Assembly (NCBI GenBank): GCA_038236565.1 | Contig: JBBRZP010000001.1 | Location: forward strand, 17,759-81,758 | Source: Burkholderiales bacterium | Lineage (GTDB): Bacteria; Pseudomonadota; Gammaproteobacteria; Burkholderiales; Burkholderiaceae_C | Direction: 5' to 3' | Length of the DNA: 64,000 bases | Shown here: piece by piece, positions 38,016-47,237 of the stretch | Layout of the letters: every line of letters begins with the position of its first letter | Numbering within the stretch: the stretch's first letter is position 1 | The notes under the pieces: generated by a model | Database searches by the model: none | Seen by the model: only the letters and a program-made list of their open reading frames with translations | Told to the model about the DNA's origin: nothing | Program-made: the position numbers and the translations under genes

Positions 38016-40487
38016 TTGAACATTCAGCGCCTGCTGGCGGCTGCGCATGCGGCCGTCCTAGCTTCCCTGGTCCTGTCCGCCTGCGGCGGCGGCGACGACA
38101 ACACCAATGTCGGGCCGACCAGCGGCATGACGATCACCACCCTGTCCAACCGCGCCGACCTCGTGAGCGGCGGCTCGGCCCTGGTCGAGATCAGGACGCC
38201 GGGCTTCGTGCTGCCGGCCACGCTCAAGGTCGATCGCGATGGCACCGACATCTCGGCGGCGTTCTCGCAGCAGGCGAGCGGACGGATCATCGGCGTCGTC
38301 ACCGGCCTGAAGACCGGCGCGAACGTCATCACCGCGAAGGCGACCGACGGCAGCATCGTCGGCGCACAGCTCGTCATCACGAACCATCCGATCGGCGGAC
38401 CGGTGCTGCTGTCGGCACAAGCCGGCCCGTGGGTCTGCGCGACACCGGTGCCCGTCGTCGCCGTCGGCAACACGCCGGCGTCGAACGCCAGCGGCCTGTC
38501 GACGGCAGCGACCGACGCGCAATGCAACATCGCCACCGAATACAAACTTTGGTATCGCACGAAGACCGCGGTCAGCACGAACAACGGTGTCGACGGGCTG
38601 TGCGTGTTCGTCCTGCCCGATCCGACGCCGACGATCGCCGTGCCCAACCCGACGACGCCGGCGAACTCTTGCTTCCAGCCCTACGTCGCCGGCACCACCG
38701 CGGCCGCATCGGTCGCTTCCACGACCACGTCGCACGGCGTGACGGTGCCGTACATCGTGCGCGTCGAACGCGGCACGCTCAACCGCGGCATCTACGACAT
38801 CGCGGTGCTGTTCGATCCGACCGCTCCGGCGTGGACCGCGACCAAGCCGCAGGCCCAGTGGAACGGCAAGCTGCTCTACACCTACGGCGCCTCGACCGGC
38901 CAGCCGCGCCAGCAGTTCCGCACCGAGCAGAACTGGGCGATAGGCTTCTTCAACGACTTCCGCGCCGGCGACGACACCGCGCTCCGGCTCGGCTACATGG
39001 TCGCCGACAACAGCGTCACCGACTCGCTCTACAACTCCAATCGCGTCCTCGTCGCCGAGACGACGATGATGATGAAGGAGCGCATCGTCAACAGCTACGG
39101 CGAGATCAGGTACACGATGGCCAACGGCTGCTCGGGCGGCTCGATCAACCAGAACACGGTCGCGTCGATCTACCCGGGGCTGCTCGACGGCATCCAGCCC
39201 AGCTGCGACTACCCCGATTCGATCACCACCGGCATCGAGGTCAGCGATTGCGTGCTGCTCGTCAACGCCTACGTCAAGCCCGAGTGGACAGCGCTGATGG
39301 CCGGCCTGACGCAGCCGCAGATCGACGCCAAGAAGGCGGCCATCAACGGCCATCGCAACGCGATCGGCTGCCACGGCTGGAACAACGCTTTCGGCACCGG
39401 CGGCAAGCCGGGCAACTATGTCTTGCAGGCGGTCGTTACTGCGACCGGTGTGATTGCGCCGTTCGGGGCTGCGAAGAACAACTGCAACCTGCCGGCCGCG
39501 CTCGTCTACGACCCGGTGACCAACCCGACCGGCACGCGCTGCGGCGATTCCGATGCGTCGGCCGCCGTGTGGGGAACGACGACCGGCCTGACCGGCGCAA
39601 CGAGCTTGCGCGCCTTGACGACCAACGACAACGTCGGCGTGCAGTACGGCTTCAAGGCCTTGCTCGCCGGAGCAATCACGCCCGAAGAGTTCGTGGTCCT
39701 GAACGAGAAGATCGGCGGCACCGACGTCGACTCGAACCTCACCGCGGCGCGCTCGGTCGCCGATGCGGCGGCACTGCCGATCGCGTACCGGTCAGGCATC
39801 GTCTCGAATGGCAAGAACCTGGCGAAGGTCGCGATCATCGATTCGCGCGGCTTCGACGAAGGCTCCACCGGCTCGCCAATCCACTACAACTGGCGCAGCT
39901 TCGAGGAGCGTGCGCGCCTCGACGCCGACGCCGGCGGCCACGGCAACCAGGTGATCTGGCGCTACGGCACGAGCCTGTATCCGATCACCCCGGCACAGGT
40001 CGCCGCGGTCACGACCTTTTCGTTCACGACCATGGACACGTGGTTGTCGAACCTGCTGGCGAGCGCGCCGAAGCCCTCGCTCAACGCGGTGCGCACGCAG
40101 GCGCAGGTCGTCGCCGGCAAGCCGGCGGCAGCGGTCGACTTCTGCTACCTCACCGCCGACGTCAACTTCGCGACCAAGATCACCGACCAGGCGGTCTGCG
40201 ACGCCGACACCAACCTGAAGTTCTTCACGTCGCCGCACCAGGTGGCCGGCGGACCGCAGACGGAGAACATCCTGAAGTGCACGCTCAAGCCGCTGGTGCT
40301 CGCCGACTACACCGGCGTCGTCTTCACGGCCGGACAGCAGACGCGTCTGAACGCGGTGTTCCCGGCCGGCGTGTGCGACTGGAGCAAGGCGGGCGTCGGC
40401 CAGGTCGATCCGGTCTCGCCGCTGACCTTCCAGGCCGGGCCGGGTGGCGTGCCGCTCTCCACGGCGCCGACGTCGACGCCGATCTAA
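38016..40487 (+). CDS. Large lipoprotein, DUF6351 / tannase-like hydrolase family
   Basis: TTG start after GGAG, lipobox LSAC, LSNRADLVSGG, TNHPIGGP, VERGTLNRGIY, WNGKL, GCSGGS, DNVGVQYG, GVCDWSK. Confidence 0.78.
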   Translation: MNIQRLLAAAHAAVLASLVLSACGGGDDNTNVGPTSGMTITTLSNRADLVSGGSALVEIRTPGFVLPATLKVDRDGTDISAAFSQQASGRIIGVVTGLKTGANVITAKATDGSIVGAQLVITNHPIGGPVLLSAQAGPWVCATPVPVVAVGNTPASNASGLSTAATDAQCNIATEYKLWYRTKTAVSTNNGVDGLCVFVLPDPTPTIAVPNPTTPANSCFQPYVAGTTAAASVASTTTSHGVTVPYIVRVERGTLNRGIYDIAVLFDPTAPAWTATKPQAQWNGKLLYTYGASTGQPRQQFRTEQNWAIGFFNDFRAGDDTALRLGYMVADNSVTDSLYNSNRVLVAETTMMMKERIVNSYGEIRYTMANGCSGGSINQNTVASIYPGLLDGIQPSCDYPDSITTGIEVSDCVLLVNAYVKPEWTALMAGLTQPQIDAKKAAINGHRNAIGCHGWNNAFGTGGKPGNYVLQAVVTATGVIAPFGAAKNNCNLPAALVYDPVTNPTGTRCGDSDASAAVWGTTTGLTGATSLRALTTNDNVGVQYGFKALLAGAITPEEFVVLNEKIGGTDVDSNLTAARSVADAAALPIAYRSGIVSNGKNLAKVAIIDSRGFDEGSTGSPIHYNWRSFEERARLDADAGGHGNQVIWRYGTSLYPITPAQVAAVTTFSFTTMDTWLSNLLASAPKPSLNAVRTQAQVVAGKPAAAVDFCYLTADVNFATKITDQAVCDADTNLKFFTSPHQVAGGPQTENILKCTLKPLVLADYTGVVFTAGQQTRLNAVFPAGVCDWSKAGVGQVDPVSPLTFQAGPGGVPLSTAPTSTPI

Positions 40488-40504
40488 GGCGCCTTCATCC
40501 CCTC

Positions 40505-40542
40505 GCGGGCAACCGGGTCTGCCGGTTGCCCGCTTCGTTTTT
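40505..40542 (+). terminator. Rho-independent terminator
   Basis: GCGGGCAACCGG-GTCTG-CCGGTTGCCCGC followed by TTCGTTTTT. Confidence 0.8.
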
Positions 40543-40649
40543 GTAGGAACTCGCCGCGCCTTGGCGGTTCGCCCTCGCGAGACGCGTGCTCGCGGCGTCG
40601 AATTCGCTAAGCTCGCGACAGAACGAAGCGCACTCCACGAGGAACAGAC

Positions 40650-41267
40650 ATGGCCAGCAAGAAATCCGCACCCAAGACCCGCAAGTCGGGCGTCGATGCC
40701 GCGCACTCCGCGGTCCAGCCCAGCCTGCACCAGCAGGGCCGAACCGGGACGCACGAAACCCAGAAGTTCGGCGATATCGTGCCGATGCCGCACGGCATGA
40801 GCGAGAAGGTCGCCAGGCAGAGCGTAACGATCCTGAACCAGGCGTTGGCCGATTCGATCACCTTGCGCGACATGTACAAGAAGCACCACTGGCAGGTCGT
40901 CGGGCCGACGTTCAACGAGTTGCACCTGCTCTACGACAAGCACTTCGAGGCCCAGGTCGAGGTCGTCGACCTGATCGCCGAGCGCATCCAGGTTCTCGGC
41001 GGCATCTCGCTGGCGATGGCCGCCGACGTTGCCGAGGAAACGAAGATCCCGCGCCCGCCGCGCGGCCGCGAGCAGGCCTCGGTGCAGCTGTCGCGTCTCA
41101 TCGACGCGCACACGCTGATCATCAAGTACGCCCGCGCGAACGCCGAGAAGGCGCAGGACTCCGGCGACTCCGGCACCAACGACCTGCTGGTCAGCGACGT
41201 GCTGCGCACGAACGAGCTGCAGGTGTGGTTCCTGTCCGAGCACCTGGTGGCCGCGTCGCCGGTGTAG
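40650..41267 (+). CDS. dps: DNA starvation/stationary phase protection protein Dps
   Basis: KKHHWQVVGPTFNELHLLYD, VDLIAERI..LGG, DSGTNDL, WFL. Confidence 0.9.
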   Translation: MASKKSAPKTRKSGVDAAHSAVQPSLHQQGRTGTHETQKFGDIVPMPHGMSEKVARQSVTILNQALADSITLRDMYKKHHWQVVGPTFNELHLLYDKHFEAQVEVVDLIAERIQVLGGISLAMAADVAEETKIPRPPRGREQASVQLSRLIDAHTLIIKYARANAEKAQDSGDSGTNDLLVSDVLRTNELQVWFLSEHLVAASPV

Positions 41268-41369
41268 CGCTCGTTTTGCGAGCCGCAGCGCTCGCTCCAC
41301 CACCACCGCAGTCGTATCGGCCGCGTCTCGGACTGGGCCGCGACGGAGACGACTTCAAGAGGCGAATTC

Positions 41370-41445
41370 TGGTGCGCCCGGCAGGTATCGAACCTGCAAC
41401 CCCTGCCTTCGGAGGGCAGTACTCTATCCATTGAGCTACGGGCGC
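41370..41445 (-). tRNA. tRNA-Arg(CCG)
   Basis: GCGCCCG/CGGGCGC acceptor stem, anticodon arm CTGCC-CTCCGAA-GGCAG, T-loop TTCGATA, encoded CCA. Confidence 0.95.
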
Positions 41446-41506
41446 AATGGTCTTGCAGTCTACCAGCGCGCGTCCGTGCGAGCCCGGGTGCAGCGAGGCC
41501 CGCCCC

Positions 41507-41512
41507 TATAAT
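41507..41512 (+). promoter_or_regulatory. Sigma-70 -10 element upstream of cytochrome c5
   Basis: Perfect TATAAT in a high-GC intergenic region; no clear -35. Confidence 0.45.
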
Positions 41513-41597
41513 TTCGGGTTCGACGCGCGTCGAGTACCTGCGGGCGGCACGTGTCGCCCTTTAGGCGCGCGAGCGAACTCCGCCCCCTGAGGACTCG

Positions 41598-42530
41598 ATG
41601 ACCGAAGCGCACGAAACCAACGAGATCGACGGCCCGCACGAAGGCCCCATCAAGACTCCCAAGCAGCTGATCCTCGCGGTCCTCTATGCGTTCGTGGTGC
41701 CGATCTTCGGCATCATCCTTCTCGTGATGTACGTGACGACCGACAAGCGGCCGGGCGCCGGCAGCGACGCCCTCGGCCCGAAGGCCGTCGCCGAGCGCAT
41801 CCACCCGGTCGGCATGGTCGAAGTCAAGGATGCGTCCGACCTCTCGTCGCTGAAGACCGGCGACCAGGTCTTCGCCGCGCAATGCACCGCGTGTCACACC
41901 GCCGGCGTGCTCGGCGCACCCAAGTTCGGCGACGTCGACGCCTGGGCCGCACGCATCAAGACCGGCTACGACGCGCTGCTGCACTCGGCGCTCGCCGGCA
42001 AGGGCCAGATGCCGCCCCAGGGCGGCGGCGACTCCAGCGACTACGAGATCGCTCGCGCCGTCGTCTACATGGCCAACAAGGCCGGTGCCAAGTTCCCCGA
42101 GCCGCCAGCGCCGGCAGCGGCCGCTTCCGGCGCCGCGACGACCGCAGCAGCGACTGCGGCGGCGCCCGTCATGGCCGCGGCGCCCACCGCCGTCGCGACG
42201 ACCGCGGCGGTCACCAGCCAGGCCGCCACCGCCGCGCCCGAGACCAAGCCCGTCGCGGCGCCGACGCAGGTCGCTGCCGCCACGCCGGCCGCCGCCGGTC
42301 CGCCCGCGCTCTACGGGCAGATCTGCAGCGCCTGCCATGCGGCCGGCGTCGCCGGTGCGCCGAAGTTCGGCGACAAGGCCGCGTGGGCACCGCGCGTCGC
42401 GCAGGGCGTCGACGCGCTGACGGCGAGCGCGATCAAGGGCAAGGGCGCGATGCCGCCCAAGGGCGGCTCGAACGCCAGCGAGGCCGAGATCAAGGCGGTC
42501 GTGACCTACATGGTCAACGCCGCGAAGTGA
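41598..42530 (+). CDS. Dihaem cytochrome c5 family protein
   Basis: HEGPIKTPKQL plus TM anchor; CTACH and CSACH; GAPKFGD..AW..R; MPPQGG/MPPKGG; Ala/Thr/Pro linker. Confidence 0.92.
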   Translation: MTEAHETNEIDGPHEGPIKTPKQLILAVLYAFVVPIFGIILLVMYVTTDKRPGAGSDALGPKAVAERIHPVGMVEVKDASDLSSLKTGDQVFAAQCTACHTAGVLGAPKFGDVDAWAARIKTGYDALLHSALAGKGQMPPQGGGDSSDYEIARAVVYMANKAGAKFPEPPAPAAAASGAATTAAATAAAPVMAAAPTAVATTAAVTSQAATAAPETKPVAAPTQVAAATPAAAGPPALYGQICSACHAAGVAGAPKFGDKAAWAPRVAQGVDALTASAIKGKGAMPPKGGSNASEAEIKAVVTYMVNAAK

Positions 42531-42533
42531 TCC

Positions 42534-43076
42534 CTATCCGGCTGCCTTCGCAGCCGGGCTGAGGCAGACGCCGAAGCGCTCGACGAGCGCCGCGAACGCC
42601 AGCTCCTGCGGCCGCCACGCGCCGCGCTCGACGGCATCGCCGGCGACGCCCATGTCGAGCGTGTGCACGATGCCCAGGCCGAGATCGCTGGCCAGGAAGA
42701 GCCGGCCCGATTCGTCGAGGAAAGCCTCGCCGGCGCGCGCCGGCAGCCCGGTGTGGCTCGTGACGACGACGGCCGACGTCGACGGATCGGACTGGAGCCG
42801 CCAGATCCACGGCGCCGCCTCGAGCTCGACGTAGACGCGCTGTGGGCCATTCTGGAAGAACCAGGCGCCGTGCTCGTCTGCGGCGTAGTTGCGGCCGATG
42901 AACTCACGCAGCTTCTCGTGGTCGATGCGGCTGCCCTTGACGCGCGGGAACGACCCCGCGTGCTGGATCCGGTCGTCGCGCATGTACCAGTCGCCGCGCG
43001 CGTCGAGCGCGAGCCATGCGTAGCACGCCGGCACGTTGGGCCACTTCTTCAGTGCCGCTTCGACGATCGCGTCCAT
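42534..43076 (-). CDS. DUF2946 family protein
   Basis: MD.IV.AALKKWPNVP.CY.WL.LDARG.W, FFQNGPQRVYVEL..APW. Confidence 0.82.
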   Translation of the reverse strand: MDAIVEAALKKWPNVPACYAWLALDARGDWYMRDDRIQHAGSFPRVKGSRIDHEKLREFIGRNYAADEHGAWFFQNGPQRVYVELEAAPWIWRLQSDPSTSAVVVTSHTGLPARAGEAFLDESGRLFLASDLGLGIVHTLDMGVAGDAVERGAWRPQELAFAALVERFGVCLSPAAKAAG

Positions 43077-43102
43077 CGCGGCGATTTTGCGCCGGCGTCG
43101 CG

Positions 43103-44068
43103 TCAGAGCCGTGCCGCGAGCCAATCGGCCACGCTGCGCGGAAGGCTTCGCACGTGGCCCGGCCACGGCCCGTTGGCGAAGCCGACGTGGCCGCCGTGCT
43201 CGGGTTGCCAGAGGGTGACGTGCGCGCCGACCTCGCCCGGGCGAGGCAGCGCCGACGCCGGCAGGAACGGATCGTTGCGCGCGTTCAGCACCAGCGCCGG
43301 AATGCGGATCCGCTCGAGCTGCGACTTGGCCGAGGCACGCGCGTAGTAGTCGTCGGCGCCGGCGAAGCCGTGCAGCGGGCCGGTGAAGATCTCGTCGAAG
43401 TCGCGCAGGTCGCGCGCCCGTCGCATCGCGTCGGCGTCGAACAGACCCGGATGCTGGCGCAGCTTGACGAAGGCCTTCTTCTTCATCGTCCGCATGAACA
43501 TGCGCGTGTAGACCTGGCGACCGAAGCCGCGGCCGATCGCGCGGCCGCCGGCGGCGAGGTCGAGCGGCGCGGAGACGGCCGCGATCGCCCGCACGCGGCT
43601 CGCGGCGGCCTCGCCAGCCTCTTCGGCGAAGCGCAGCAACGCGTTGCCGCCGAGCGAGACGCCGACCGCGACCAGCGTGCCGCGATGCGCCTCGCGGCAA
43701 CGGCCGAGCATCCACGCGATCTCCGCGTGGTCGCCCGAGTGGTACGCGCGCGGCGCGCGGTTGATCTCACCCGAGCAACCGCGAAAGTGCGGCATCGCGA
43801 AGCGCCAGCCGCGGCGCGCGGCTTCGGCCGCGAAGGCCTGCGAGTAGTGGCTCGACGACGACCCTTCGAGTCCGTGGAAGACGACCAGGAGCGGCGCGTC
43901 GACATCGTCGCCCTGCCAGTCGACGTCGATGAAGTCGCCGTCGGGCGTGGGCCACCGCTCGCGCCGCAAGCGCGGCGCGGGGCCGTCGAAGCGGCGGCTG
44001 AAGAACACCGGCCAGATCGTCTGCGCGTGGCCGCCGGGCAGCCAGCGCGGCGCGCGAAAGTCGTCCAT
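43103..44068 (-). CDS. YheT family alpha/beta hydrolase
   Basis: GGHAQTI, TPDGDF, HGLEGSS, FRGCSG, AYHSG, GVSLGG, NDPF, GGHVGF. Confidence 0.9.
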   Translation of the reverse strand: MDDFRAPRWLPGGHAQTIWPVFFSRRFDGPAPRLRRERWPTPDGDFIDVDWQGDDVDAPLLVVFHGLEGSSSSHYSQAFAAEAARRGWRFAMPHFRGCSGEINRAPRAYHSGDHAEIAWMLGRCREAHRGTLVAVGVSLGGNALLRFAEEAGEAAASRVRAIAAVSAPLDLAAGGRAIGRGFGRQVYTRMFMRTMKKKAFVKLRQHPGLFDADAMRRARDLRDFDEIFTGPLHGFAGADDYYARASAKSQLERIRIPALVLNARNDPFLPASALPRPGEVGAHVTLWQPEHGGHVGFANGPWPGHVRSLPRSVADWLAARL

Positions 44069-44094
44069 GTCGAAGGCGCCGGTGCGTGTCCCTG

Positions 44095-44541
44095 CTAGTG
44101 CAGCGTCGACGCGGCCTCGCCGCCGTCGGCCGCCTCATCGGCCGAGCCGGGGCTCGCGTGACGCGCGACGAGGCGCCAGCCCCGCGCCGACTTGAGGTAG
44201 ACGTTGGTCGCCGTCACCCACGCGAAGCGCTCGCCTTCGGTGGTGGCGACGCGGATCCGCTCGATCACGCTGTGCACCGCGCTCGAGTGCGACTCGAGGC
44301 GGCGCACGCGGTGCGGCTCGGCGTCGATCGTGCCGTTGCCGAACATCGCGTCGAACGATGCCCGGATCGCCGCGGCGCCGATCAGCCGCTCGCCGCCCGG
44401 ATGGACGCAGCAGATCTCGTCGTCGTCAGACCAGAGCTCCATGAGCCGGTCGAGGTCGCCGCTGCGCATCGCCTCGTAGAGTTCGAGCTCGATGTCGTCG
44501 GGCGATGCGGAACTGGGGGCAGGGGGCTTCGGGCGGGCCAT
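44095..44541 (-). CDS. NTF2-like/SnoaL-like domain protein
   Basis: YEAM..GD, CVHPGG..L.G..AIR.S, ATNVY...GWRLV..HAS. Confidence 0.85.
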   Translation of the reverse strand: MARPKPPAPSSASPDDIELELYEAMRSGDLDRLMELWSDDDEICCVHPGGERLIGAAAIRASFDAMFGNGTIDAEPHRVRRLESHSSAVHSVIERIRVATTEGERFAWVTATNVYLKSARGWRLVARHASPGSADEAADGGEAASTLH

Positions 44542-44613
44542 GGATTCTTCTTCGGTTAACCTTCGCGACGCTGGAATTGTAGGAAGGCCCGAGGGCTTCT
44601 TGACGCCGTCTTC

Positions 44614-45255
44614 ATGATCCGAAACCCCGCCGACTGGTCCGATCGAAGCCACGATCTTTCGCGCCTGCTCGCCCGCACCAGTCTCGGCGATCGCGCGGCA
44701 TTTGCCACGCTTTACGAGCGGACGAGCTCGCATCTGTTCGCCGTGGTGCTGCGTATCCATCGCGACAGGGCCCAGGCCGAAGACATTCTGCAGGAGGTCT
44801 ACGTCAACGTCTGGCGAGCCGCGAGCAGCTTCGATGCGGCTCAGAGCCAGCCCCTCACCTGGCTCACGAGCATCGCGCGCAACCGCGCGATCGACGGCCT
44901 CCGCCGCGCTCGGACCCAGCCCCAACTGCGCACCGTCGGTCCCTCGGTCGAGGGCCGCGACGCCGAGGACGAAGACGTGTACGACACCATGGCAGACGAC
45001 GCACCCGGCCCGCTCGAGCTCCTGAGCCGGGCCGCGGAATCGCGCTCGCTGGCCGCGTGCATGGACAAGCTCTCGGCGCTGCAGCGCCAGAGCGTCGCCC
45101 TCGCCTTCTTCCAGGGCCTCAGCCACGCCGAGGTCGCCGAGCAGCTGAAGCAGCCGCTCGGCACCGTCAAGTCCTGGGTGCGGCGCGCGCTCATGACGCT
45201 CAAGGGCTGCCTGCAGGACGCCGTCAAGCGCGACGTCGCGCCCGGCAGCGATTGA
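44614..45255 (+). CDS. ECF RNA polymerase sigma factor (SigK-like)
   Basis: GDRAAF..LY, AEDILQEVY, WL..IARNRAID, GLSHAEVA...PLGTVKSWVRR. Confidence 0.9.
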   Translation: MIRNPADWSDRSHDLSRLLARTSLGDRAAFATLYERTSSHLFAVVLRIHRDRAQAEDILQEVYVNVWRAASSFDAAQSQPLTWLTSIARNRAIDGLRRARTQPQLRTVGPSVEGRDAEDEDVYDTMADDAPGPLELLSRAAESRSLAACMDKLSALQRQSVALAFFQGLSHAEVAEQLKQPLGTVKSWVRRALMTLKGCLQDAVKRDVAPGSD

Positions 45256-45256
45256 C

Positions 45257-45955
45257 ATGGACTACAGCCGCATCGAGCTGGCCGACGCCCTGGCTGCCGA
45301 CTACGTGGTCGGGACGCTGCGCGGTGCCGCGCGCCGGCGCTTCGAGGTGCTGCTGCCGGCGCACGCGGTCCTGCGCGACGCGACGGCCGCCTGGCGCGAC
45401 CGGCTGATGCCGCTCACGGCGGAGCTCGCACTGGTGCAGCCGTCGAGCGCGGTCTGGCGCGCGATCTCCGATCGCATCGAGGCCGGACGTGTCGCTCTCG
45501 CGCCGCCGGCCGGGGCGTGGTCGCGGCTCGCGTTCTGGCGCGGCATCGCGGCGTTCGCCAGCGTCGCCGCGATCGGCTTCGCCGTCCTGCTCGCCAATCC
45601 GCGCGTGACGCCGCCGCCGGTGATCGTCGTGCTTGCCGCGACGAACGAAGCCGCGAGCGGCACGCAATCGGCGCCGATCGTCGCCAGCATCAGCGGCGAC
45701 GGTGCGACGCTCGTGACTCGGGCGATCACGCCGGTCGCCGTGCGCCCGGACCGCTCGCTCGAGTTGTGGGCGATCCCGCCAGGCGGCACGCCGCGCTCGC
45801 TCGGCCTCTTGCCGCAAGGCAGCGGCACGGTCGCACTGCGCGGCAAGGTCCTGCAGGGCACCGACACGCTGGCCGTCACCGTCGAGCCACCGGGCGGTGG
45901 ACCGGGCGGCAAGCCGACGGGCCCGGTCGTCTACGCCGGCAAGTTCTCGCTCTGA
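45257..45955 (+). CDS. Anti-sigma factor, RskA family
   Basis: LAADYVVGTLRG.ARRRF, TM helix, ELWAI...PRSLGL, LAVTVEPPGG..PTGPV. Confidence 0.88.
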   Translation: MDYSRIELADALAADYVVGTLRGAARRRFEVLLPAHAVLRDATAAWRDRLMPLTAELALVQPSSAVWRAISDRIEAGRVALAPPAGAWSRLAFWRGIAAFASVAAIGFAVLLANPRVTPPPVIVVLAATNEAASGTQSAPIVASISGDGATLVTRAITPVAVRPDRSLELWAIPPGGTPRSLGLLPQGSGTVALRGKVLQGTDTLAVTVEPPGGGPGGKPTGPVVYAGKFSL

Positions 45956-45959
45956 CCCG

Positions 45960-46982
45960 CTAGCGCAGCGTCGGCGCGACGGTGTCGTCGCTCGCGGCCC
46001 GCAAGGCCGCCTCGACGCGCGCCGGCGCCACCTCGGTGAGACAGCGGTAGTGGCCGAAGCGGCACGCGCGGTCGAAGCACGGCATGCAATCGAGCTGCAA
46101 CTCCTCCTTGAGCCAGAGCACTCGGGCGCGATCGTTGAGCGGCGGCGTGTGCGTCGGGCTGGTCGAGCCGAAGACCGCGACCTGCGGAATCGCGAACGCG
46201 GCCGCGACGTGCATCAAGCCCGAGTCGTTGCTCGCGAGGCCGCGCGACGCCGAGATCAGGGCGATGGCGTCGAGCAGCGACGTGCGTCCCGCGAGAACGA
46301 TGCATGCGCCCGGACTGAGCGAAGCGATCGCGTCGCAGAGCGCTTGTTCGCCGGGCGAGCCGAGCAGCACCACCGGCGCGCCGTCGGCGCCGTGCAGCGA
46401 GCGCGCGAGCGCCGCGTAGTGCGCTTGCGGCCAGCGCTTGGCCGGGCCGTATTCGGCGCCGGGCGCGAAGGTCCAGTAGCGCCGCCTTTGCAGACCGGCG
46501 TGGCCGAGGGCTGCATCGACCGTGTCGACGCCGATCTGCAACCGCGGCCTGCGCGTCACATCGAACGACGGTCCGGCGAGCGCGCCGTAGAACGCGACCA
46601 TCGGCGGCCGTCCTCGCGGATTGGGCAGCGCGCGGTTGAGCAGAACCGGCCGACCCTCGCCGCGATAGCCGACGCGCGTCGGGATGCGCGCGAGCCACGG
46701 CACGAGCGCCGACTTGATCGAGTTCGGCAGCACGTAGGCAGCGTCGAAACGGCCGCGCAGCTCGCGTGCGACGCCGCGTCGCGCCGACCAGTCGAGTCGT
46801 CCGTGCGCGAACGGCAGCTCGACGATCTCGGCGACCTCGGGCATCGCCCGGACCACCGGTGCGACCCACGGCAGCGAGGCGACGGTGAGGCGCTCGCCGC
46901 GCGCCGCGAGCTCGGCGAGCAGCGGCTCGGCCATCACCGCGTCGCCGATCCACTGTGGCGCGACGACGAGCGAGCGGGTCAC
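45960..46982 (-). CDS. waaF: Lipopolysaccharide heptosyltransferase II
   Basis: PQWIGDAVM, LPNSIKSA, PGAEYGPAKRWP, NDSGLMHVAAA, C.PCF.R.C..GH..CL. Confidence 0.92.
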   Translation of the reverse strand: MTRSLVVAPQWIGDAVMAEPLLAELAARGERLTVASLPWVAPVVRAMPEVAEIVELPFAHGRLDWSARRGVARELRGRFDAAYVLPNSIKSALVPWLARIPTRVGYRGEGRPVLLNRALPNPRGRPPMVAFYGALAGPSFDVTRRPRLQIGVDTVDAALGHAGLQRRRYWTFAPGAEYGPAKRWPQAHYAALARSLHGADGAPVVLLGSPGEQALCDAIASLSPGACIVLAGRTSLLDAIALISASRGLASNDSGLMHVAAAFAIPQVAVFGSTSPTHTPPLNDRARVLWLKEELQLDCMPCFDRACRFGHYRCLTEVAPARVEAALRAASDDTVAPTLR

Positions 46983-47016
46983 GATCGCCGCCGCATCTCT
47001 TCGCCGAGACCTGCGC

Positions 47017-47232
47017 TCAATGCGACGAGTGGACCTTCTCGCCCGCCTTCAGGCGGTACTCGGTGCCGCAGTACGGGCACTTGCCGACGCCGGTCGTCGC
47101 GACGTCGATGAAGACGCGCGGGTGGTTGCTCCAGAGCGGCATCTTCGGGTTCGGGCAGAAGACCACGCCCGGGCCCTGCAGCTCCGAGGCGAGCAGCTCG
47201 ACGACGGCGCTGGCGGCATTTCCGGTAGCCAT
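47017..47232 (-). CDS. Zinc-finger (zf-CHCC) domain protein
   Basis: CP....PLW..HPRVFI.....CPYCG. Confidence 0.87.
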   Translation of the reverse strand: MATGNAASAVVELLASELQGPGVVFCPNPKMPLWSNHPRVFIDVATTGVGKCPYCGTEYRLKAGEKVHSSH

Positions 47233-47237
47233 CGCGC

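Noticed and set aside
41268-41445. tRNA-Arg 3' end as attachment site of an island covering the accessory region
   Set aside because: No integrase and no duplicate of the tRNA 3' end found by eye in the window; no clear GC boundary
42110-42300. Repeat-like GC-rich stretch in cytochrome c5
   Set aside because: Encodes the ordinary Ala/Thr/Pro interdomain linker, not a DNA repeat element
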